Assembly (NCBI GenBank): GCA_022566355.1
Contig: JADFJB010000003.1
Coordinates: forward strand, 15,377-79,376
Direction: 5' to 3'
DNA from: Candidatus Zhuqueibacterota bacterium
GTDB taxonomy: Bacteria > Zhuqueibacterota > JdFR-76 > DREG01
Length of the DNA: 64,000 bases
The notes under the pieces are model-generated. The model had not been told where the DNA came from. It did not search any database and saw only the letters and a list, made by a program, of their open reading frames with translations. Within the stretch, counting starts at the first letter, position 1. Every line of letters begins with the position of its first letter. A program made the translations under genes and the position numbers. Below, piece after piece: positions 48,975 to 58,777 of this stretch.

Positions 48975-49149
48975 TTGTATGTTGACTCTAAAAACCAGCT
49001 TTCTTTCGAATCTTGAAAACCGATACATTGATTCCATAAATAAATATTATATTATAAACATCATTTGAGGTCAACAGAAAGTCGGTTTTCACAGTAATCA
49101 CTAGCGAAGCTTCGCCTCAACCGACAAGAAAAACAAGCTTAATAAACTC

Positions 49150-49310
49150 GAAATGCTAATATCGAAATTCTAAACAAATTCCAAATACACCAAACAAAAC
49201 GAAGAAACCTATTGAGGAGAGTCAATCAATTTTGCCCTGTTTTTAATTTTGTACATTGGAATTTTCGATATTGTTTAGAATCTAGAATTTTGGATTTCGA
49301 ATTTTAAATC
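49150..49310. repeat. Imperfect long inverted repeat of heptamer-like units
   Basis: AATATCGAAATTCTAAACAAATTCCAAAT ... ATTGGAATTTTCGATATTGTTTAGAATCTAGAATTTTGGATTTCGAATTT; a similar remnant lies at about 32925-33010. Confidence 0.55.
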
Positions 49311-49386
49311 AAAGTAATTTTATTTAATCGCAAAAAATCTTGACTCAAAATCAAAGTTGGATTTCTGATAAAACATTTAATTATAT

Positions 49387-49983
49387 ATGTTTGAAAACTT
49401 ATCTGCCGCCATCATCGCAGGGGGAAAAAGTGCCAGGTTTGGAGAGCATAAAGGGTTGGCTGTTCTAAATTCTCGACAAATGATTGACTATTCGATTGTC
49501 CTTGCAAAAGAGATCGGGTTTTCTCAATTCCTGGTATATGGCAAGGAAAATTACTTTGACCAAATTGACATACCTTGTTATTCCGATATCATCCCACATT
49601 GTGGACCAATGGGTGGGATTTATACAGCTTTGGTGAAAGCACAAACAAATTTAGTCGCAACCATTCCTTGTGATATGCCTTTTCTAACGGCAGAAGTGTA
49701 TAGATTGCTTTATGATAATTATGGGGAAAACAAGCCTGTTATTGCAGTTTCAGAAAACGGCGTAGAATCCCTGGTAGCAATATGGCCAAAAACATATGAA
49801 AGTAAATTAAGGGATGCAATTCACAAGAAAGTTTTTACAATTCATGCATTCATTCAAAATAATGATATCCCTAAAATATCCATTCCTGAATTAATGCCGG
49901 ATTATGAGGAGAAAATTTTTCTTAATATTAACACGAAAGAAGATTTAGCAGCTATCCAAAAAAATTCTTATTGGAGTAAATAA
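49387..49983 (+). CDS. mobA: Molybdenum cofactor guanylyltransferase
   Basis: IIAGGKSARFGEHK, GPMGGI, PCDMPF, FLNINT. Confidence 0.9.
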   Translation: MFENLSAAIIAGGKSARFGEHKGLAVLNSRQMIDYSIVLAKEIGFSQFLVYGKENYFDQIDIPCYSDIIPHCGPMGGIYTALVKAQTNLVATIPCDMPFLTAEVYRLLYDNYGENKPVIAVSENGVESLVAIWPKTYESKLRDAIHKKVFTIHAFIQNNDIPKISIPELMPDYEEKIFLNINTKEDLAAIQKNSYWSK

Positions 49984-50010
49984 TAGAATTCGTTAGAACT
50001 TACTAAATTG

Positions 50011-50391
50011 TTATATTTTCCTGTTTATCAGTTTCAGACGCGTCGCTGGAAGGCGTTTAAGTCGTTGATTTCTCGGATCAACTTCGATGCCCGCAGATTC
50101 AAGTGCAGTCACACCGAGAATAGGCTCAACGTCTTTTCCTCCAAAAATGACAGTTCCACCTACGAAATCACCCATAAATTCAATGTCAGCGGTAGTTATA
50201 TCCATTTTGATTTTACTGCCATCGGCGAGTTCATAAATTCTTTGGCCTTTGGGTTTTAGACCTATACTTTTAAGATGCTGCCCTGGAACGAGAGTATCTA
50301 TAGCACCGGTATCCACGAGAAAAAGTCCTTCCCAACTCTTGTTAGATTCAGCAGGGTTACGTATTGTGACTGTAACATGAGTGGATCCCAT
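50011..50391 (-). CDS. Clan AA (retropepsin-like) aspartic protease
   Basis: FLVDTGA, YELADG, PILGVTALE. Confidence 0.85.
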   Translation of the reverse strand: MGSTHVTVTIRNPAESNKSWEGLFLVDTGAIDTLVPGQHLKSIGLKPKGQRIYELADGSKIKMDITTADIEFMGDFVGGTVIFGGKDVEPILGVTALESAGIEVDPRNQRLKRLPATRLKLINRKI

Positions 50392-50944
50392 TATTTTACC
50401 TATCTCATAAGATAAATTTTTAACAACAATTCGATTTGATTAATTGTACGCTGACTGATCTCAGAATTATGTTTAACCATCCTTGTTTGACGAAGTGCGT
50501 TAATATATGCAGATATCCTATAAAATCAATATAAAACGCCAGGGTGCTAAATCCTTAAATCCGTGGATTACCGCTTATATGCTTATAGATATTAATGAGG
50601 TGGTGTAATTTGTTATGCAATCACGTATTTTGTTGAGCCACATAAAATAATCTAAGTAATCTAACGAATGACCAAGTTATTTTCTCAAACTACTTTTTGA
50701 TATACCTTATTAGCTATAATTTCTTGATAAGAGGAATTGGGTTTTAACAGCAAACCTATGATTAGTTTAACCTGTCTTGTGTTTATCTGCTCGTCAGTAT
50801 AAAACTTGCCGGTTCCCGGAATATTAGATGGATCCAGGCTTGAATTGCGAAGACGCCATTTCTAATCATCAAAGTCAATGTAGCCACGAAGGTTTTAATA
50901 ACTTATCGCAAATAAAAAATGTCAATGCATCTATTTTTTCTTTT

Positions 50945-50990
50945 TTTCTTTGTTACTCTGTGCCTTTGTGCCTTTGTTACTTTGTTACCA
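50945..50990. repeat. Octamer tandem repeats overlapping the moeA stop
   Basis: CTTTGTTA/CTCTGTGC/CTTTGTGC/CTTTGTTA; the reverse complement resembles 21248-21280. Confidence 0.65.
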
Positions 50991-52197
50991 CCCAGGGAAA
51001 TAAAAAAGCGTCGATAAGTTCGCCCTCGTACAAAGATACACCAGCATCAATGAGTATAAACCCATTCGCATTGACAATGGTCGAAATCATGTGCGAACCT
51101 TGTTTCTCCAAAGGATAAGCTATTGGTTTTCCTTGTGAATTTGTTGTGATTTGAACACGCATAAGATGAGCTCTGTTTAATTTGTTTTGAATAGGCTCTT
51201 GTAATTCCGCTTGCAAGGGGAAAGCGGTCTTAACTTTTCCACATAGCTGATGAATCATTGGATGGATAAAATAGGAATAACACATAAATGCTGAAACGGG
51301 ATTTCCGGGTAATCCAAACAAAAGAGTATTCTCTTTTTTAGCGAACAGAAGCGGTTTGCCTGGTTTTATCCGAACTCGCCAAAATAAAGTTTCGAATCCC
51401 ACTTTCTGTACCGCTTCTTTAATATGGTCGTGAGGTCCCACTGAAACACCGCCAGATAAAATGATGAGGTTGCAATTTTCCATAATCCGCTCAAGTAATT
51501 CGACTGTTTGATCCAGGCTATCAGGAACTTTTTCCACGGCTTTCACTAAACCGCCGGATTGTTGCAGTGCTGTGGACAGCATGATTCCATTTGAATCGCG
51601 AATTTGCCAAGGTTGTACAGGCTGATCAAATGGGACAAGTTCAGTTCCGGTAACAATTATGGCTGCTTGTGGTCTCGCATAGACGGATAATTGAGATAAG
51701 CCTACTGAAGCCAATAAAGCAATCTGGGGGGGATGGATTTCCATACCCTTGGGGATTAGAAGATCGCCTGCTTTAAATTCCTCACCTTCATAGCGAATAT
51801 TTTGTCCCTTCTTTTTAACCTGCAAAATCTTAACCATTGAGCCGGTTACTTCTACTTCTTCAATTGGGACAACCGTATCAGCACCTTCAGCCACCATGGC
51901 GCCTGTACTGATTCTAACAGCTTTACCCGATATTAATTTTTCCTGAAATGGTATTCCCGCCTGGCTTTCTCCAACGATTTTGAGAGACACCGGGTTTGCA
52001 GATGAAGTGGATCGGATATCATCCCATCGCAATGCAAAGCCATCCATGGCGCTGTTGGTATAACGGGGTGAAGGCTCCGGTGCAAGAATATCTTCTGCAG
52101 ATATTAACCCTAACGCATCTTGCAATTTTGCCGAAGTTATTTCTTTTTCCGGTAAATGATCTTGAATGATTTTAGATGCTTCTTGTATTGAAATCAT
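50977..52197 (-). CDS. moeA: Molybdopterin molybdotransferase
   Basis: NSAMDGFA, ISTGA, TGTEL, SGGVSVG, KPGKP, GLPGNPVS. Confidence 0.95.
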   Translation of the reverse strand: MISIQEASKIIQDHLPEKEITSAKLQDALGLISAEDILAPEPSPRYTNSAMDGFALRWDDIRSTSSANPVSLKIVGESQAGIPFQEKLISGKAVRISTGAMVAEGADTVVPIEEVEVTGSMVKILQVKKKGQNIRYEGEEFKAGDLLIPKGMEIHPPQIALLASVGLSQLSVYARPQAAIIVTGTELVPFDQPVQPWQIRDSNGIMLSTALQQSGGLVKAVEKVPDSLDQTVELLERIMENCNLIILSGGVSVGPHDHIKEAVQKVGFETLFWRVRIKPGKPLLFAKKENTLLFGLPGNPVSAFMCYSYFIHPMIHQLCGKVKTAFPLQAELQEPIQNKLNRAHLMRVQITTNSQGKPIAYPLEKQGSHMISTIVNANGFILIDAGVSLYEGELIDAFLFPWVVTK

Positions 52198-52371
52198 ATT
52201 GGATACTCCAACTGAAGATTTACAATTATAGATTATTTTTGGATCATCATAATAATGGCGTACTTATTCTTTGCCACAGACTTGCACAGACTAAAACGGA
52301 AATGCGATCAGACAGGATTAGCATGATGAACAAGATTTATAAAGCGATAAATAAAAATGGCTAGTGCTTCT

Positions 52372-52475
52372 AAAACCGTTGAAACGGTTATAACTTATTG
52401 TTTTTTTGTCATTAACACCTGGCTTAAGCCAGGTGTTAATAGGATTATGAATGGTTTCAACCGCTTTAGCTGTTT
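52372..52475. repeat. Palindrome cluster including a perfect 30-bp palindrome
   Basis: AACCGTTGAAACGGTT; ATTAACACCTGGCTTAAGCCAGGTGTTAAT (52411-52440); AACCGCTTTAGCTGTT. Confidence 0.8.
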
Positions 52476-52828
52476 TTATAACCATCATTCTTCTATCTAC
52501 ATACGTTCTGTGTTTATATTGAAATTAAAGAAATATTTTTTTAAACTGATTTTTATCTGAATCAATCAACATTTTATGAGAAATTTAACGTCTTAAAATA
52601 AAGCATTCATTCAATATTTTTGGCGTAAGATTATTGAAATATTTCCTTAGATAAACTTCGATTCCTAATTGAAAAAGTACGTAGATAAATCATTAAAGAC
52701 CAGAAAGAAAAAGATTTTGAACTGTTTGAATATATCGCTAAATATAATGTCAACATTGATCCAGTTCCGTTATTTTCAAGTGAGAAATGTTAGTATGTAA
52801 TAAACATTCTGAAAATACCTTAATTAGC

Positions 52829-52885
52829 TGTCGTTTCGAGGCAGCGTCGTGAACGTAGTCGAACGGAGTTTACGATGAGAAATCT
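52829..52885. repeat. 57-bp dispersed REP-like repeat (copy 2, inverted)
   Basis: 54/57 identity to the reverse complement of 12768..12824. Confidence 0.9.
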
Positions 52886-53026
52886 ATTGATCCAAAAAAT
52901 ATAACTTGTAAAAGGCAAGATTTTTCCTCCTTGAGTTTTGTAATTGTTAAATGACCCTAGCCAATAAACGTTTGAATAATAGTACGCATTTGTTTAAATT
53001 GCAAGGCTTAAAAGTAACATTAGAAT

Positions 53027-53788
53027 ATGAAGTCTATCACAAAAATAATAATACTTTTTAATTTCTTCCTGAGTTTAGCAATCCAGGTCTATGCACAAGA
53101 ACTAACTATTGCGGTTGCCGCAAATGTTCAGTTTACCATGGAAGAAATTCAAAAAGAATTTACCAAAAAAACAGGCATTCCACTAAACACAGTGATCGGT
53201 TCATCCGGAAAGTTAACGGCTCAAATTAATAATGGCGCTCCCTTTGATGTATTTTTGTCTGCAGACATGAAATATCCTGAATTCTTATTTGCAAATAAAA
53301 AAGCTGTTACAGAACCTGAAATTTATGCACATGGCAGTTTGGTATTGTGGACACGAAAAGATCTGGAATTGATGGATCTGGTCTCGGTTTTAAAAGATGA
53401 AAGAGTACAGAAAATTGCTATAGCCAAACCTAAAACCGCTCCCTATGGCCGGGAATCTTTGAGAGTTTTACATCTCCACAAAATTTTTGATGCAATCGAA
53501 GACAAGCTGGTATATGCCGGAAGTATTGCACAAGTTAATCAGTACGTGGATTCCAAAGTGGTGGATATCGGCTTCACGGCAAAATCTGCGGTGTTGTCCG
53601 AGAAATTGCTTGGGAAAGGCGCATGGCTGGAAATTGATCCAGCCGATTATATGCCAATCGATCAGGGTGTGGTTATTTTGAAGCATGGACTACAAAAATA
53701 TCCTGAAGAGAGCAGGTTATTTTATGATTTCCTTTTCTCAGATAGGGCCAAAGATATTTTCAAAAAGAACGGTTACCGATTGCCATGA
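53027..53788 (+). CDS. modA: Molybdate ABC transporter binding protein
   Basis: VAAN, GSSGKL..QI..GAPFDVFLSAD, PKTAPYG. Confidence 0.93.
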   Translation: MKSITKIIILFNFFLSLAIQVYAQELTIAVAANVQFTMEEIQKEFTKKTGIPLNTVIGSSGKLTAQINNGAPFDVFLSADMKYPEFLFANKKAVTEPEIYAHGSLVLWTRKDLELMDLVSVLKDERVQKIAIAKPKTAPYGRESLRVLHLHKIFDAIEDKLVYAGSIAQVNQYVDSKVVDIGFTAKSAVLSEKLLGKGAWLEIDPADYMPIDQGVVILKHGLQKYPEESRLFYDFLFSDRAKDIFKKNGYRLP

Positions 53789-54189
53789 ATAAACTCAAGG
53801 CTGAAATTGTTCGGATCGATTCTTCAAAAGATATCTCATTGGTTGATTTAAAAGTCAAAAACGATATTTTTTCGTGTGTGGTTATTGAGACTCCCGAGAC
53901 AGCTGATTATCTAAAAATTGGAAATCAAGTGACCATTTTATTCAAGGAAACTGAGGTTGCTATCGGTAAGAATCTTTCCGGTGAAATAAGTTTACGGAAC
54001 CGGGTTCAGTCAATTATTAAACATATTGAAAAGGGTGAAGTCTTAACCAGGTTAGTCTTAGATTATGAAGGAGTCGATATTGGATCCATCATCACAACTC
54101 GTTCGGCAAATCGTTTGAAGTTGGAGAAAGGGGATGAAGTCGTTGGATTAATCAAAGCGAATGAAGTTTCAATTTTAGAGGGAGATTGA
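53785..54189 (+). CDS. Di-TOBE (Mop/ModG-like) molybdate-binding protein
   Basis: Two TOBE repeats: ISLRNR, SIITTRSANRLKL..GDEV..LIKANEV. Confidence 0.85.
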   Translation: MNKLKAEIVRIDSSKDISLVDLKVKNDIFSCVVIETPETADYLKIGNQVTILFKETEVAIGKNLSGEISLRNRVQSIIKHIEKGEVLTRLVLDYEGVDIGSIITTRSANRLKLEKGDEVVGLIKANEVSILEGD

Positions 54190-54190
54190 A

Positions 54191-54862
54191 TTGGAATTCA
54201 ACCTGTCGCCACTAATTCTGACATTCAAACTCGCTATCATTACAACTTTTTTCCTTTTGTTAATCGGATTGCCCCTGGCGTATTGGTTAACGTATTGGAA
54301 GAATAAAAGTAAATATTTGCTGCAAACTTTAGTGAGTATGCCACTCGTTCTGCCTCCAACCGTAATCGGATTCTATTTGCTCATTGCCTTTAATCCGGAA
54401 AATTTCTTTGGCAGATTTTTGCTATCGGTTTTTGATATTCAATTGGTGTTTTCATTCGAAGGACTTGTGGTCGCTTCCATGATTTATAGTTTACCATTTA
54501 TGGTTAATCCCATTCAAGCAGGATTGCAGAGTTTACCGGCTTCTATTATGGAGGCATCTTACACACTGGGAAAATCTAAACTGAAAACGTTTACGCATGT
54601 GCTGATCCCTAATATTAAGCCATCCTTAATAACCGGCATCATCATTAGTTTTGCACATACTGTTGGTGAATTTGGCGTGATCTTGATGATTGGTGGGAGT
54701 ATCCCCGGTAAAACCAGGGTTGCCTCAATAGCTATTTACGACGAGGTGGAAGCCCTCAATTATGACAATGCACATTATTATTCATTGATTTTATTTGCGA
54801 TCACGTTTGTCATTTTACTTGCAGTTTATATTTTTAATCGCAGGTATTTGAAGGCATTTTAG
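54191..54862 (+). CDS. modB: Molybdate ABC transporter permease
   Basis: PLVLPPTVIGFYLL, EASYTLG, FAHTVGEFG. Confidence 0.93.
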   Translation: MEFNLSPLILTFKLAIITTFFLLLIGLPLAYWLTYWKNKSKYLLQTLVSMPLVLPPTVIGFYLLIAFNPENFFGRFLLSVFDIQLVFSFEGLVVASMIYSLPFMVNPIQAGLQSLPASIMEASYTLGKSKLKTFTHVLIPNIKPSLITGIIISFAHTVGEFGVILMIGGSIPGKTRVASIAIYDEVEALNYDNAHYYSLILFAITFVILLAVYIFNRRYLKAF

Positions 54863-55099
54863 GATTGAAATATTTTCAAAGAGACATGAAGGACACGGAG
54901 GAAGAAGAATGAAGAAAGAAAAAAGATAAAAGAAAAAACCAAAAAAAAGGAAAAGACGATTATTTTTGGTGAATTTGTATCCACAATTACCGCGGTAGGG
55001 TAAATATTTGTAACACTATTCGCCAATAAAAATTGAAGAACCCCGGAAGGGTTCCATATAAACAAACTTACCCAAAAGATAAATATCTTTCATAATTTA

Positions 55100-55978
55100 A
55101 TGATAAAAATTAAAGTTACAAAAACCCTACAAGATCCAGAAGGTGAATTTCAACTGAACCTGGATGTGGAGATTAATGATAATGAATTCATTACCTTGTA
55201 TGGTAAATCCGGTGCGGGCAAAACCACGACACTACGGATTTTAGCGGGATTGTTGAATCCCGATTTTGGCACGGTCCATGTCGATGATGAAGTCTGGTAT
55301 GACAGTAAACATGGCGTGAATTTAACTCCCCAACAAAGAGGGATCGGTCTGGTTTTCCAGGACTATGCTTTATTTCCCAACATGACCGTGCGGAAAAATC
55401 TCGAATATTCGTTAGATTCAAAAAAGGATTTCCAAATCATCGATACTTTGTTAGAATTAATGGGCCTGGAAAACCTGGCAAGCCGTAAGCCCAATTCGCT
55501 TTCAGGAGGACAACAACAACGGGTTGCTTTGGCTCGTGCTTTGGTACGCAAACCAAAACTTCTCCTTCTCGATGAACCTTTATCAGCTTTGGATATGGAA
55601 ATGAGATCCAAGCTGCAAGATGAAATTTTAAAGATCCATCACGAATTTGCCATCACGACGATCCTGGTTAGCCACAGTTTCGCGGAAATATTTAAACTAT
55701 CGAACCGAGTGTTTGTGATTGATAAAGGAAAAATCACCAAGACCGGAAATCCTGCTGATATTTTCATAGACAGGAAATTAAGCGGTAAATTTAAGTTTGA
55801 AGGCAAAATCCTGGCGTTGCAAAAAAGTGATGTCGTTTATATCGCAACAATTTCTATTGGAAATAACATTGTAAAAGTAATTGCTTCAGATGAAGAAGCG
55901 CGGCAATTCAATATTGGTGATCGAGTGGTGGTTTCCTCGAAGGCGTTTAATCCGATTTTGATGAAAATTGATCCTTAA
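55100..55978 (+). CDS. modC: Molybdate ABC transporter ATPase
   Basis: GKSGAGKTT, LSGGQQQR, LLLLDEP, C-terminal TOBE; operon context. Confidence 0.88.
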   Translation: MIKIKVTKTLQDPEGEFQLNLDVEINDNEFITLYGKSGAGKTTTLRILAGLLNPDFGTVHVDDEVWYDSKHGVNLTPQQRGIGLVFQDYALFPNMTVRKNLEYSLDSKKDFQIIDTLLELMGLENLASRKPNSLSGGQQQRVALARALVRKPKLLLLDEPLSALDMEMRSKLQDEILKIHHEFAITTILVSHSFAEIFKLSNRVFVIDKGKITKTGNPADIFIDRKLSGKFKFEGKILALQKSDVVYIATISIGNNIVKVIASDEEARQFNIGDRVVVSSKAFNPILMKIDP

Positions 55979-56211
55979 GGGTTCTCGGTTGTGTTGGGTG
56001 GGGGAAATATAATTAAACTATAGAAAAAATGGACTACACGCATGTTATGAACACGAGCATTAAGTTTGCACCGTACATCGAGCGAGTATTTGCGGATGAT
56101 TTAAGAGTGAACAAATCTATGTCCGAATGTTACGCGATAAGTTCAGTTCTCAAATAAAGTCTCTTCGTTTTCAAACTAACCCTTAAGTTTCATGAGAATA
56201 AACCACTTTCA

Positions 56212-56551
56212 CTTTTCCCCATACACACTTTCCAGCAATGCATCACTAACTAATTCCCATTGAACTAAAACTGCCGTCATTATAGATATTTTGTAGGATG
56301 ATTTTGCGGGTCAAATCAGATAGCAGCACAACGACCAAATCGGCGCATTCTTCTGCTGTGGCATTACCGAGGGGAGATAATTTTTCCGCAAAGTCATAGA
56401 GATAGAGATGATTGAAGCCCTCTATTCCGCTACCTGCTGTGGTTTTTGTTGGGCTTTGCGATAGCGTATTCACACAAATTCCTCGATTGTCTAACCTGGC
56501 GCCAAAGTTTCTGGCTATACTTTCAAGCAAAGCTTTCACATCGGACATGTC
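56212..56551 (-). pseudogene. Decayed duplicate of the 3' end of fabI
   Basis: Highly similar DNA to about 57281..57610, with a 4-bp (CTAA) duplication creating a stop and a 6-bp (ATAGAG) duplication. Confidence 0.9.
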
Positions 56552-56723
56552 GGGATACTCGGTGTTGTGGATGGATTAGAGTTGGGTGGCTCCGCACTTA
56601 TCCGAATAGACTTTTAAGAAAAATTAGCGCTCAATCAGCTAAATCTTTATTTGATTCAGTAGTTAATATTTCCTATTTATTACTTAACGAATCTCGACCA
56701 AGAACAAGCACGAGGAGTTTTCT

Positions 56724-56942
56724 ATGGGAAATCCAAAAACAATTCTTGAACAAGCTTTAAAAATGAAACCTGCTGATAAGTTTTTATTAATTGAAGGATT
56801 ATTGAATAGTCTAGACGAGCCTGACAAAACCATTGATGGAATTTGGGCTATTGAGGCAGAAAAACGGTTAGAAGCCTACAAACAAGGAAAATTAAAAACG
56901 GTATCATATGAGGAAATATTTGATGAAAAAAATACAAAGTAA
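56724..56942 (+). CDS. Putative addiction-module antitoxin (TIGR02574-like)
   Basis: ILEQALKM...LLNSLD..W..EAEKRLEAYKQG..VSYEE; coupled to the toxin by TAATG. Confidence 0.85.
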   Translation: MGNPKTILEQALKMKPADKFLLIEGLLNSLDEPDKTIDGIWAIEAEKRLEAYKQGKLKTVSYEEIFDEKNTK

Positions 56943-57231
56943 TGAAAATTCAAATATCCGACTTTGCTCATAAAGAACTCGAAGAAGCAATATACTTCTA
57001 TGAATTAGAACAACAAGGATTAGGTCGAAGGTTTAAAAAAGAAATTCAAAAAGCCATTGATCGCATTATAAAGTACCCAAAGGCATGGCCATTTGAAAGA
57101 AGCGAAATCAGAAAATGCTTAGTTCACAAATTTCCCTACAAATATTATATTCTTTACAATCTCCCGACATCGTCATTCTTGCAATAGCTCACCAACACAG
57201 AAGACCAGGGTACTGGATAAATAGTATTTAA
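56942..57231 (+). pseudogene. RelE/ParE-family toxin with a one-base deletion near 57140
   Basis: AHKELEEAIYFYE..GLGRRF..FPYK; adding one A to TACAAATATT restores KILYSLQSPDIVILAIAHQHRRPGYW. Confidence 0.82.
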
Positions 57232-57271
57232 AACAAGTTATTATCCTCCGCTTATCCTGCCTTCGGAATAA

Positions 57272-58102
57272 TCAACTATCCTTCTCACCATACACAGATT
57301 CTATCAGCGCATCACTAATTCCCATGGAACTAAAACCGCCATCATTATAAATGTTTTGCATGGTGATTTTCCGGGTTAAATCGGAGAGTAATACAACAAC
57401 CAAATCGGCGCATTCTTCTGCGCTGGCATTTCCGAGAGGGGATAGTTTTTCCGCAAAATCGTACAGGTGATTGAATCCCTCAATGCCGCTACCTGCTGTG
57501 GTTTTTGTTGGGCTTTGGGAGATAGTATTCACACGAATTCCTCGATTGCCTAACCTGGATCCAAAGTTTCTGGCTATACTTTCAAGCAAAGCTTTCGCAT
57601 CGGCCATGTCTGAGTATTTTGAAAAGATTCTCTGGGCGCCAATGTAACTTAAGGCAACTATACTAGCGCCATTGTTCAGCACCTCCGCTTGCATTGCCGC
57701 TGAGATCATTCGATGCAATGACATTGCAGAAACATCCAGTGTCTTGTGGTACCAATCGTAATTCAGTTCCTGGTAGCCTTTTTTCTTACGAACGTTAGGA
57801 GACATGCCAATGGAATGAATAATGAAGTCGATTGAACCGAATTGGCTTTTAACTTCAGCAAAAGTGTTGTCTAAATCTTCTGTAGAGCTGGCGTCGCAGG
57901 TAATTAAGGGAGCATCGCCACATTGTTTTGATAATTCTTCAATATTACTTAGTCTGAATGCAACTTTGATATTGGAAACCGCAAATTGGGCGCCTTCCCG
58001 ATAAGCGGCGAGGGCAATCTGCCAACCGATACTGCTTTTATCCAATGGCCCAAAGATAATTCCTTTTTTCCCTTTTAGTAAGCCGTAACTTTTTTCATTC
58101 AT
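57272..58102 (-). CDS. fabI: Enoyl-ACP reductase
   Basis: LLKGKKGIIFG, IDFIIHSIG, YSDMADAK (Y-x6-K), VNTISQSP, DGGFS. Confidence 0.9.
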   Translation of the reverse strand: MNEKSYGLLKGKKGIIFGPLDKSSIGWQIALAAYREGAQFAVSNIKVAFRLSNIEELSKQCGDAPLITCDASSTEDLDNTFAEVKSQFGSIDFIIHSIGMSPNVRKKKGYQELNYDWYHKTLDVSAMSLHRMISAAMQAEVLNNGASIVALSYIGAQRIFSKYSDMADAKALLESIARNFGSRLGNRGIRVNTISQSPTKTTAGSGIEGFNHLYDFAEKLSPLGNASAEECADLVVVLLSDLTRKITMQNIYNDGGFSSMGISDALIESVYGEKDS

Positions 58103-58173
58103 CGATGAACGCTCCTAATTCTTTTAGTTTGTTTAAAAGTGGTTCTCGCAACATCAATTAACGAGAGATCAAA

Positions 58174-58306
58174 CTTGGCACTCTTCGATAACACCGACCG
58201 AAGTCGGTTACTCAAGATGCTTTTTATTGAAGCGAATTAAATCGAACAACGAGCATCCCGAGTAGCAATCAATATTTTTCAATGATTGCATATCGAAAGG
58301 TGCCAG
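58174..58306. repeat. REP/MITE-like inverted repeat element upstream of fabI
   Basis: TGGCACTCTTCGATA ... TATCGAAAGGTGCCA (13/15); inner hairpin ACCGACCGAAGTCGGT and the pair TACTCAAGATGCT / AGCATCCCGAGTA. Confidence 0.55.
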
Positions 58307-58777
58307 GTAGCCGGAATAACCTTGCAAATTTAAATTTAAGTTTGCAAATATGACGAATTTTATTTTAAAATTCAAACTAAAAATCATTAACCAACCTAGT
58401 TCATAAATCGCAGTGTTCACTGGGCGCTGATTGTTTTTATAAGACCCAACCTCAGATTTTCTTTTTTCCAATTTAAATTACTTTGAAGACCAATGCGTTC
58501 TTTTAACTGTTTGTTTTTATTTGATCTCTATGTTTCTTAGCAATCTCAGCCTTGAATATTCCAGGTTAATCTTTCCGAAACGTATTAATTCAATGATGTC
58601 AAATTGAATACATTTAAGACCACTTTACAAATATTTGATTTTGTACCACAAATCGTTTACTTTCTTGACTGTTTTTTAAACAAAAAAAGAATGCAATTTG
58701 ATTTCTTCTTTGAGGATTCACTCGAATTGGGCATTGGATTTTATCTCCAGTAAATATCAATAAAAAAGGAAACGTAA

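Noticed and set aside
52731..52762. ModE box upstream of modA (ATCGCTAAATA)
   Set aside because: Only the left half-site matches, and no modE gene is in the window.
52200..53026. Moco riboswitch in the moeA-modA intergenic region
   Set aside because: The structured segments are explained by dispersed repeats and I cannot recognise the Moco RNA motif; an Rfam scan would settle it.
56030..56145. Possible second attC-like site near modC
   Set aside because: GTT motifs are present but I could not build a convincing paired stem.
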